Of a stretch of 64,000 nt of DNA, positions 25,580-33,431 are shown in pieces. The notes under the pieces are model-generated. The model was not told the origin of the DNA, made no database searches, and was given only the letters and a program-made list of their open reading frames with translations. The stretch's first letter is position 1. Each line of letters starts with the position of its first letter. A program made the translations under genes and the position numbers. Source of the stretch: a bacterium (GTDB lineage: Bacteria > Patescibacteriota > Minisyncoccia > UBA6257 > 02-FULL-45-10c); the NCBI GenBank assembly GCA_030700025.1, contig JAUYKI010000006.1, forward strand, positions 13,428 through 77,427, written 5' to 3'.

Positions 25580-27376
25580 ATGACCGAAAAAGGCCCCGAC
25601 TTCCTCAAAAAGAAATACGACCTCCACAAAGCTCCGGAAACGGAAACCGCCGCCAAGCGGACGGAAAAAAGAACTAACGAAAAAGTCCCTCAAGCTCCGG
25701 AAGCCCGCATCCAAAACTACCTCAACCGCTTCAAGGAAATCATAGACCGGAAAGACCCGGAAAAACGGGAAAGAGGCCTGGAAGCCATAAAAAAAGTCCT
25801 CTACGATAAATTCGTCATCCAAGAAAACGAAATCCCGGAATCATACTTTGAACTCCAAAAACGGATTGCGAGAGAACAAGGCCATGGAGAAATTGAAATC
25901 TCCAAAGAACAAAAAGACCAGCTAACCGAAGTAGTCATTACCGACCAAAGAACCACCTTGGATAACTGGGTAGACTACCTATCCTCTCCAGACGCCACCT
26001 ATCCGGACTGGCTCAAATACTGGACTATCCGGAGCATTCTGGGAATAGGCGAATACGACAAAGAAAAGAAAGAATTCACTAAACGCTCCAAAAGCACTAC
26101 CAAGCCCTTCCTGGATATCAATCGGGAAGCTTTAGCCTATGTGCTAGACGCCGTTTCCAAAAAATACGGCCAACAGCACACCAATCTCCTTAACCTCAAT
26201 GAGCAAGAAAGAAAAGACTTTGAATCCCTCCTCCAAGGAGAAAACTTCGCCAAACTCTATGCCTGGGCAATAGAAAAAACTACCGTCGCTCCTCAAGAAG
26301 CCCTGGCTAATACCCAAGGCAAATGGATTAAATACAACCAAGGACAAGACCATATGCCCTTAGTCCAATCCCTTCAAGGACACGGCACCGGCTGGTGCAC
26401 GGCCGGAGAATCCACCGCCAAAACCCAGCTTCAAGGAGGGGATTTCTATGTCTTTTACTCCATGGACAAAAAAGGCAAACCCACCCTTCCCAGAGTGGCT
26501 ATCCGCATGAACGGCAATCAAATCGGAGAAGTCCGGGGAATTGCTCCGGATCAAAACTTGGACCCCTATATCGGCGATATAGTCCAAAAGAAAATGACCG
26601 AATTTCCTGACGGCAAATCTTATGAGAAAAAAGCTGGAGACATGAAAATGCTGACTGCCATAGAACAGAAAACCCTTCGGCTCCGCTCAGGGCAAGCCAA
26701 TCAAGAATTGACCAGGGAAGAATTACATTTCCTCTATGAAATGAACCAAAAAATTCAAGGATTCGGCTATCAAAGAGACCCGCGGATTGAGGAACTAAGA
26801 AAACAAAGAAATTCGGAAGAAGATATGTTGATTATTTTTGAATGTACGAAAGACCAGATTGCCCACACTCCGAAAGAAATCAATTCAAATACTAAAGCCT
26901 ATGTCGGTAAAATTAAACTGGGTATTTTTCAAAAACTACCAGAAAATATCGAGCATGTTTATACTGAATTCCCTGACAAGAAAGTTTTTATGAAAGAGAT
27001 TGTCTCGGATGAAGAAATTATTTCTGCTAAAACCGCCATTCAAAAACTCGAAGTTCAAGGGCACAAAATTGGCGACTATGCCAGAGATATGTTATCCAAA
27101 GTAAATTGGAAGGAAAGTCTAAAAGACTCCTACAACATTATCTCTATTTCTGTTGGGGAACTTTTCGGTGACGCAAACTACCATAATTATGCCGATATCA
27201 AAGCCAAAGCTCGAGAAAGTGGCCTAGACATTATTCCAGCTTCTCTCGCTCCATCAATTCGTTTGAATTATGATAAAAATGGCGAGTGGACAGTCCTCGC
27301 TATGGAAGCGATGCGCGACCGTGACGGTAGTCTTAGGCGTTTCGGCTGGGACGGGGTGGTTCTGAGTCGTGGTTGA
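25580..27376 (+). CDS. DGR target protein (variable C-terminal CLec/FGE-like tail; VR frameshifted in this assembly, probable true end 27444)
   Basis: 3-prime 136 bp (27306-27441) homologous to TR at 27744-27879; differences almost all at TR adenines; AAC-codon register continues past the annotated stop in another frame, ending ...RFFFVRK. Confidence 0.75.
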   Translation: MTEKGPDFLKKKYDLHKAPETETAAKRTEKRTNEKVPQAPEARIQNYLNRFKEIIDRKDPEKRERGLEAIKKVLYDKFVIQENEIPESYFELQKRIAREQGHGEIEISKEQKDQLTEVVITDQRTTLDNWVDYLSSPDATYPDWLKYWTIRSILGIGEYDKEKKEFTKRSKSTTKPFLDINREALAYVLDAVSKKYGQQHTNLLNLNEQERKDFESLLQGENFAKLYAWAIEKTTVAPQEALANTQGKWIKYNQGQDHMPLVQSLQGHGTGWCTAGESTAKTQLQGGDFYVFYSMDKKGKPTLPRVAIRMNGNQIGEVRGIAPDQNLDPYIGDIVQKKMTEFPDGKSYEKKAGDMKMLTAIEQKTLRLRSGQANQELTREELHFLYEMNQKIQGFGYQRDPRIEELRKQRNSEEDMLIIFECTKDQIAHTPKEINSNTKAYVGKIKLGIFQKLPENIEHVYTEFPDKKVFMKEIVSDEEIISAKTAIQKLEVQGHKIGDYARDMLSKVNWKESLKDSYNIISISVGELFGDANYHNYADIKAKARESGLDIIPASLAPSIRLNYDKNGEWTVLAMEAMRDRDGSLRRFGWDGVVLSRG

Positions 27377-27441
27377 ATGACGATGATGGTCGCGATGACG
27401 ACAAGTGGGACGGTAACGGCCGGTTCTTCTTTGTTCGCAAG
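27306..27441 (+). repeat. DGR variable repeat (VR) at 3-prime end of target gene
   Basis: ~136 bp homologous to TR; about 20 TR-A to VR-G differences, 2 non-A differences, one 1-nt deletion in a G-run (27349-27357). Confidence 0.8.
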
Positions 27442-27494
27442 TAGCTTAATTCTTAAATCTTAAGCCCTTTAAACATCTCTTTTTCCTTATCCCT

Positions 27495-27523
27495 TATAAC
27501 TTTTTAAAAAATATTGTTATAAT
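27495..27523 (+). promoter_or_regulatory. candidate promoter with extended -10 (TGtTATAAT) reading toward the DGR template repeat
   Basis: TGTTATAAT at 27515-27523 in AT-rich spacer between VR and TR. Confidence 0.35.
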
Positions 27524-27743
27524 ATATCCGAAAGTAGGTGAATACGCAGACGACTAAGGTTTTCTGCCACCCAAATCAGTATCCATATATCGAGAATATT
27601 TCAGACCAAGGTTTGAAATAGAGTGGTGTATGCAGATTCTTCATAAAAAATGAAGTTACTTGGTTTAGAATCTAGGGCATTATGATGCCGAATACGATAC
27701 AGCTCTGAGAGTATTCTAGGGGCGGTGGTGTAGACGGATTCTA

Positions 27744-27879
27744 AACAATACGCGACCGTGACGGTAATCTTAGGCTTTTCAACTGCAACAGGAATGGTTC
27801 TGAGTCGTGGTTGAATAACAATAATGGTCGCGATGACAACAAGTGGAACGATAACAACCGGTTCTTCTTTGTTCGCAAA
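27744..27879 (+). repeat. DGR template repeat (TR)
   Basis: A-rich with many AAC/AAT codons in the target frame (NNNNGRDDNKWNDNN); followed by hairpin CTCTCCCGAT-TTTGT-ATCGGGAGAG. Confidence 0.8.
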
Positions 27880-27884
27880 TTATT

Positions 27885-28250
27885 TCATTTCTCTCCCGAT
27901 TTTGTATCGGGAGAGTTTTGTTTTGTAAGCTGTCCAAACCAACCGCCAAGCATTTTACCCACCTCATTTATTTTTTCTGAAAGCGCAATATATTTTTTAT
28001 TATCAAGCGACTTGTTTTCCCAAAGAATAAGGAGAAAGATGTTGAGCGTATTGATTTTTTTAATTGCAAGCCTTACATAAGGCGCCTTTTCTTCTCGAGA
28101 AAGAAAAACGGCAACAGAAATAGCCTCTATTGTATCGGTAAATAGATTATCTATCTTTTGACCGATGGTATATCTATGGTTTTTAGGTAGGATCCGGTAA
28201 TATTCATACCAAAGCTGGTAACCGCCTTTGATTTTCTGCAGAATTGGCAA
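27885..28250 (-). CDS. avd: DGR accessory variability determinant (Avd-like four-helix-bundle protein)
   Basis: 121 aa; resembles bAvd/four-helix-bundle family (YQLWYEYYRILPKNHRYTIGQKI ... INEVGKMLGGWFGQL); TTG start; opposite strand to TR and RT. Confidence 0.65.
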   Translation of the reverse strand: MPILQKIKGGYQLWYEYYRILPKNHRYTIGQKIDNLFTDTIEAISVAVFLSREEKAPYVRLAIKKINTLNIFLLILWENKSLDNKKYIALSEKINEVGKMLGGWFGQLTKQNSPDTKSGEK

Positions 28251-28293
28251 TAAATTTGCGAGGGGGGGGGGCTTTTAATGGATCGTTATTGTT

Positions 28294-29286
28294 ATGAAAA
28301 TTCAATTGGCTCATAAATTTGAAGACATTATAAGCGTGGAAAATCTATTGGAGGCATGGAGAGAATTTATCCGAGGAAAACGGAGCAAAAAAGACGCCCA
28401 AGAATTTTCTATTAACTTGATAGATAATATTTTCTCGCTTCATTCCGACCTTGCTGATTTTACCTATAAGCACGGCGGTTATCAAGCCTTTAATATAAGC
28501 GACCCTAAGCCGAGGAATATCCATAAGGCCAGCGTCCGAGACCGCCTGCTTCACCATGCTATTTATAGAATTCTTTACCCATTTTTTGATAAAACTTTTA
28601 TTCCTGATTCTTATTCCTGCCGGATAAATAAGGGTACGCATAAAGCCATAAATCGGCTCCGCTCTTTTGCTTACGAAGTCAGCCGGAATAACACTAAAAC
28701 CTGCTGGATATTAAAGATGGATATAAGAAAATTTTTTGCCAATATTGACCACCTTATTTTACAGGATATTTTGAAGCAATACATACCGGATAAAAATATC
28801 TTATGGCTTTTAGATAGAGTGACTGAGAGTTTTTCCTCGCCATACGGCAATAATAAGGGTTTGCCCCTGGGCAATCTAACCTCCCAACTATTGGTGAATA
28901 TCTATATGAATGAATTAGACCAGTTTGTGAAGCATAAATTAGGAATTAGGCATTATATAAGATACGCGGATGATTTTGTGATTTTGCATGAAAATCGGCA
29001 GTATCTTATAAATCTTTTGCCAAAGATGTCAGTATTTTTAGAAACGCGATTAAAGCTTTTGCTCCATCCGTATAAAGTATTTATTAAAACACTTGCCTCT
29101 GGAGTTGATTTTCTTGGCTGGGTGCATTTCCCGCGCCATCGGATATTGCGGACCGTAACTAAACGAAGAATGTTTAAAAAAATAAATCAAAATCCTACAA
29201 ATGAAACCGCGGCTTCATATTGGGGATTACTTAGTCATGGAAATACGCACAAGCTGATTCATAAAATACGAAAGCTACTCTACTAA
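28294..29286 (+). CDS. diversity-generating retroelement reverse transcriptase
   Basis: 330 aa; RT motifs incl. YADD (IRYADDFVIL); DGR-type motif 4 LPLGNLTSQ (SQ instead of group-II QG); DRLLHHAI motif 2. Confidence 0.85.
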   Translation: MKIQLAHKFEDIISVENLLEAWREFIRGKRSKKDAQEFSINLIDNIFSLHSDLADFTYKHGGYQAFNISDPKPRNIHKASVRDRLLHHAIYRILYPFFDKTFIPDSYSCRINKGTHKAINRLRSFAYEVSRNNTKTCWILKMDIRKFFANIDHLILQDILKQYIPDKNILWLLDRVTESFSSPYGNNKGLPLGNLTSQLLVNIYMNELDQFVKHKLGIRHYIRYADDFVILHENRQYLINLLPKMSVFLETRLKLLLHPYKVFIKTLASGVDFLGWVHFPRHRILRTVTKRRMFKKINQNPTNETAASYWGLLSHGNTHKLIHKIRKLLY

Positions 29287-29309
29287 ACAACCCTTTGTTT
29301 TTCTTGGTA

Positions 29310-29345
29310 ATAAAAATCCCCGACATAGCGTCGGGGAATATTTTT
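29310..29345. terminator. bidirectional rho-independent terminator between convergent RT and putA genes
   Basis: CCCCGACATAGCGTCGGGG flanked by A-run and T-run. Confidence 0.7.
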
Positions 29346-32267
29346 TTAATTTTTCAATTCTGGCGAGAAGCCGCGGCGGGTTAGGTTTTCCGTAACACAG
29401 CGCGCTTCCAAGAGTTGCAGGAGATAATCAGGTCCACCGGCTTTTGGTCCGGTGCCGGAAGCGGCAAATCCGCCGAATGGCTGGCGTCCCACAACCGCGC
29501 CGGTAATCGGGCGATTGATGTACAGGTTGCCGACTGCGAATTGTTTTCTTGCCAGCGCTAAGTGCTCATCGGTTCGGGAATAAATTCCGCCGGTAAGCTT
29601 ATAACGCGTTCCATTGGCAATCTTCAAAGCTTCTTCTAAAGTCTGGGCTTTGATTACCGCCAGCACGGGCCCGAAAATTTCTTCTTGGGCGATCGTGTCA
29701 TCGGGTTTAACATTCGTAAAGATTGTCGGCCCGATAAACCATCCCTGTCCGTTCAGATCGGTAACGTCGGTTTGATAAGCGAATCTTGCTTCCGCTCTGC
29801 CAATTTCAATGTAGTGTCGGATGTCTTGAAATGCTTTCTGGTCAATGACTGCTCCCACGTCAGTCGAGGGATCGCAAGGATCACCGACTTTAAGCGTTGC
29901 CGTAGCGCCGATTAAGCGCCGGACAAATTCGTCATAAACCGATTCCAATACGATTACTCTTGAACAAGCAGAACACTTTTGACCTTGATAGCCGAAAGCG
30001 GATCGGACAACGCCGGAAACGGCTTGGTCCAGATCGGCCGAGTTATCAATAATCACCGCGTTTTTTCCGCCCATTTCCGCGATTACTCTCCGGCAATGGG
30101 TTTGCTGTTCCAATCCGGCATCGCCAGCCCATTTGATAAGCTGGAATCCGATTTGGCGCGATCCGGTGAAAAGCACATTTACAGTTGCTGGATGTTTAAC
30201 CAAATATTCTCCTAAGACTTTTCCGGAACCGGGCAGGAAGTTGATGGCTCCGCCGGGCAAGCCGGCATCCATCAATATCCGGACTAATTGGAATCCGGTC
30301 ATAGCGGTTGCGCTTGCCGGTTTGAAAACTACCGTGTTGCCGGCAGCTAATGCCGCGGCGCACATTCCAGTGGCAATTGCCAGGGGGAAATTCCAGGGAG
30401 CGATTACTACCGCCACGCCCCGGCCTTCGTATCCGTACTCGTTGGCTTCGCCAGCCAATTTTTCGGTTGAGCCGTAACGCGACAGGTAAACCGCCATTCT
30501 GGCGTAATACTCCAGGAAATCAATGGCTTCCGCGATATCCGCGTCAGCTTCTTTCCAGGTTTTGGACGCTTCCAAAACTTCCAGAGCTGCCAACCGGAAG
30601 CGCTCTTCGCGCATTCTAGCCGCCGCCTTAATCAAGATGGCTGCTCTTTTTTCCGCTGAAGTTTGGCTCCAGGCAGAGAAAGATTCTTGGGCGGCATTCA
30701 TTGCAAATCCGGCATGTTCCAGGGTCGCCTGGGAAATCCGGCCGAGAATTTGTTGTTGATTAATTCGGGATGGATTTTCCGGAGCAACGAATTTTTTAGT
30801 GGAAACCGCGACGCCGTTAATAATCAGCGGGAAATTTTTATCAAATTCCGTTTCCGCCAAATTGACGGCATTGGTCATTGCTACGCGATTCGGTATTTTG
30901 GAAAAATCGGTCAGCGGTTCTGGCTGGAAATTTTCCGGGACTAACAGTCGCTGTGGGGCGTTAACCGGTTGGTTAGCCATGGCCGCCTCCTTTCTGGGCT
31001 GGGTTTTGGCAAGAAAATTCATTCCCAAAAACGATTGTTGGCTGGTGTTTTCCAGCAACCGGCGCACCAAGTAGGCCATGCTGGGAATTAAATCCCCGTA
31101 AGGCGTATAGACCCGGACTTTGTAGCCGGCTCCGCGAATCGCTTCACGAACCGCGTCGCCCATTCCATAAAGAACCTGAAATTCGTTTTCGTTTTGGCCG
31201 ATGCCTAATGTTTTCATCGTGTCCATTACGTAAGCAATGCTGTTCAGATTGTGGCTGGCGCAAGCCAGCGTAACTGGAGTTCCGGATTTTTGAGCGATTA
31301 AAATTCGTTTGCAGAGAAGTTCAAACTGCCGGTCGGTCAAAGTTTTGTCGGTGAGAACTGGATTCGGCCAATGTTGGATTTCCGCATTGATGGTTTCAAA
31401 ATCCCAGTAAGCGCCTTTTACGACGCGAATGGTAACCGGACAATGATGTTCTCTGATCCAAATCAGAAAATCGGTTAAGGTTTTTTCCGCGTCCCGAAGA
31501 TAGGCCTGAAGAACAATTCCGGCATTTTTAATATCGGGATTGTATCTCAGCGTTTGTTTGAAAATGGCCATCGTTAAATCGCGGACGCCATACTGTTCTA
31601 TGTCTATATTGATGGCAACGTTATTTTCTTTTCCGGCGTGGAATAGCTTGGCTAATTGCCGGCTAACCGCGTCAACGCATCCGCTAAAATCCACGACGTC
31701 CCATTGTTGTTTGGGAATCAGCGCGGAAAGCTTAACAGAAACATTATGCGAGAATTCCGCGGGCGCCGGCTTTTGGCCCAGGCGTTCAATCAAGCGGAGA
31801 TAGGCATTCAAGAAATTATTCGCTTCGTCTTGGGTAAGAGATTCTTCGCCTAAAATATCCCAGGTAATATCGTGGCCTTGAGCGTTCAATCGCGCGCCAG
31901 TTTGTTCCAGCCGGCGGGGATCAACGCTGTCAATAATGTAATGCCGGGCAAAAAGCTTTATAGACCAGCGGATTATTAACGCCGTCAGATGGATTGCCAG
32001 CGGATGTTCGCCGATTAGCAATGCCATTCGGGCGATCCAGGGTAGGCTTTGTTTATGCGGACGGATATAAGAAAAGAAATGTCCGGCAATATCGCGATCA
32101 GTTTTTAAAATTGGAAAAACATCCACATAGCGGAAAAGCTGGGTCCGCAGGCCGTCGTTAGCCATGCAAATCGCCAGCAGTTTTTCTAAAAGCCGGTTTT
32201 GCCAGTTTCTTTTTGCCCAAATTTGCTCCACTCGGCCAATCAATGCTTCACCGGTAGGTGAGTTCAT
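29346..32267 (-). CDS. putA: bifunctional proline dehydrogenase / 1-pyrroline-5-carboxylate dehydrogenase (PutA-like, no DNA-binding domain)
   Basis: 973 aa; C-terminal ALDH domain with EMGGKN and catalytic Cys (QGQKCSACSR); N-terminal ~450 aa proline-dehydrogenase-like TIM barrel. Confidence 0.7.
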   Translation of the reverse strand: MNSPTGEALIGRVEQIWAKRNWQNRLLEKLLAICMANDGLRTQLFRYVDVFPILKTDRDIAGHFFSYIRPHKQSLPWIARMALLIGEHPLAIHLTALIIRWSIKLFARHYIIDSVDPRRLEQTGARLNAQGHDITWDILGEESLTQDEANNFLNAYLRLIERLGQKPAPAEFSHNVSVKLSALIPKQQWDVVDFSGCVDAVSRQLAKLFHAGKENNVAINIDIEQYGVRDLTMAIFKQTLRYNPDIKNAGIVLQAYLRDAEKTLTDFLIWIREHHCPVTIRVVKGAYWDFETINAEIQHWPNPVLTDKTLTDRQFELLCKRILIAQKSGTPVTLACASHNLNSIAYVMDTMKTLGIGQNENEFQVLYGMGDAVREAIRGAGYKVRVYTPYGDLIPSMAYLVRRLLENTSQQSFLGMNFLAKTQPRKEAAMANQPVNAPQRLLVPENFQPEPLTDFSKIPNRVAMTNAVNLAETEFDKNFPLIINGVAVSTKKFVAPENPSRINQQQILGRISQATLEHAGFAMNAAQESFSAWSQTSAEKRAAILIKAAARMREERFRLAALEVLEASKTWKEADADIAEAIDFLEYYARMAVYLSRYGSTEKLAGEANEYGYEGRGVAVVIAPWNFPLAIATGMCAAALAAGNTVVFKPASATAMTGFQLVRILMDAGLPGGAINFLPGSGKVLGEYLVKHPATVNVLFTGSRQIGFQLIKWAGDAGLEQQTHCRRVIAEMGGKNAVIIDNSADLDQAVSGVVRSAFGYQGQKCSACSRVIVLESVYDEFVRRLIGATATLKVGDPCDPSTDVGAVIDQKAFQDIRHYIEIGRAEARFAYQTDVTDLNGQGWFIGPTIFTNVKPDDTIAQEEIFGPVLAVIKAQTLEEALKIANGTRYKLTGGIYSRTDEHLALARKQFAVGNLYINRPITGAVVGRQPFGGFAASGTGPKAGGPDYLLQLLEARCVTENLTRRGFSPELKN

Positions 32268-32352
32268 TTCAATCTCCTTTTGTGGCTCTCGTATGTGAAG
32301 AACTGCCTATATATTACTAAAATTAGGCGTTTTAGTCAAAGGCGAAATTGAA

Positions 32353-32928
32353 TTAAAGTCTCTTTTTAGCGCGGCGGGAGATTAGTTTCCAGGCAATGAT
32401 AAAAATAGCTAAGCTGGCAAACAATGTTATCTCCGCGAACCGGACATATTTTTTAATCAGTATAAAAGAAAATCCGGCAAAATAACCGATACTACCGATA
32501 ATTAACATCCATAAAATCAGGGAAAGAAGGTAGTTTTTGATAACGCTTTGAATGGGGATATTAAGCATGCCGGCGCGGACCAAGATAATTTTATTGAATC
32601 CATAAGTAAATTTAGAAATAAAAATAGTATAGGCCGGGCTTTGTTTGAGATGCTCATCAAATGGTTCGGATACGCTCGTTACCCAGCGTTTTAAAAATGC
32701 CGGCAAAAAATTCGGGTGAGCGCCGGCCCAGAACCATAAATAATCTCCCAAGAGAACCCCAGTGATTACCGTGAAAATTATGTCTCCTGAGTCAAAAAGC
32801 CCCTGCTTGGTTAAGAAGGCAGTGGTAAAAAGAACTATATCTCCTTCCAGAATCATTCCGAGGAAGACTATGATGTAGCTAATCGGGCCCAGGGCGGTTA
32901 AGGAAGTGAATAATAAGGAGGCGGTCAT
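32353..32928 (-). CDS. DedA/SNARE-associated (TVP38/TMEM64) family membrane protein
   Basis: 191 aa; DedA N-terminal motif LGPISYIIVFLGMILEGD; 4-5 TM segments. Confidence 0.7.
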   Translation of the reverse strand: MTASLLFTSLTALGPISYIIVFLGMILEGDIVLFTTAFLTKQGLFDSGDIIFTVITGVLLGDYLWFWAGAHPNFLPAFLKRWVTSVSEPFDEHLKQSPAYTIFISKFTYGFNKIILVRAGMLNIPIQSVIKNYLLSLILWMLIIGSIGYFAGFSFILIKKYVRFAEITLFASLAIFIIAWKLISRRAKKRL

Positions 32929-33007
32929 AATTTTGGATATCTCACCATTTTAGCATTTTGAGGTAAAACAAAAAATCTCCCCCTTCAATAAACTCGGGAC
33001 GAATTTT

Positions 33008-33152
33008 TACCCCCACGCCATAACAGGTTTTGTAATAGCTTAATTCAAGTTTAATACACCAAACTGGTTCTTAGAGTTTATTTTAGTTAGTGCAAAAAAT
33101 AAGTCCTCCGACTGTAGTCGGAGGACTTAGAAACCTGTTTGGTGTGGGGGTT
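33008..33152. repeat. Family-2-like diverged element copy 4 (TACCCCCACGCCATAACAGGTTT / AAACCTGTTTGGTGTGGGGGTT), between coiled-coil gene and dedA
   Basis: imperfect ~22-bp inverted repeat sharing CCCCCAC..ATAACA core with Family 2; encloses terminator hairpin. Confidence 0.55.
33092..33127 (-). terminator. rho-independent terminator
   Basis: AGTCCTCCGACTGTAGTCGGAGGACT hairpin, T-run on minus strand. Confidence 0.65.
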
Positions 33153-33154
33153 TA

Positions 33155-33404
33155 TTATTCTTGCTCCTCTTCTTTTAACCGCCGTTCGCGGGAATCAGCC
33201 GCGGTTTGAAGCTCTTGGCGCTGTTGGGCCAGTAATTCTTCGCGCTGAACCCGCAATCTTTCGGCTTCAGTGGCGTTTTGCTGTTTGCGCGCTTCAGTAA
33301 TTTGTTCCTCTAATTCGGCGATTTGCTGGGCGAGATTTTTCTCTCGCTCTTGTTTTTCTTTATAGGGTTCGCCGCCCCCGATATGATGTCTTAAGTTTTC
33401 CATA
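33155..33404 (-). CDS. small coiled-coil protein, hypothetical
   Basis: start at internal ATG (MENLRHHIGGG...) preceded by TATACT -10; E/Q/R-rich coiled coil; hairpin terminator 33102-33127. Confidence 0.45.
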
Positions 33405-33431
33405 TTAGCAGTATAGCAAAAATTTCTCTTA

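Larger units (their letters stand above)
25580..29286 (+). other. diversity-generating retroelement (DGR) cassette: target-VR / spacer / TR / avd (opposite strand) / RT
   Basis: VR 27306-27441 vs TR 27744-27879 with adenine-specific differences; Avd-like and DGR-type RT genes adjacent. Confidence 0.8.

Noticed and set aside
27811-28080. 89-aa plus-strand ORF beginning MNNNNGRDDNKWNDNN
   Set aside because: It is the DGR template repeat read in the target frame plus antisense of avd. TR is noncoding and the ORF overlaps the well-supported avd gene.
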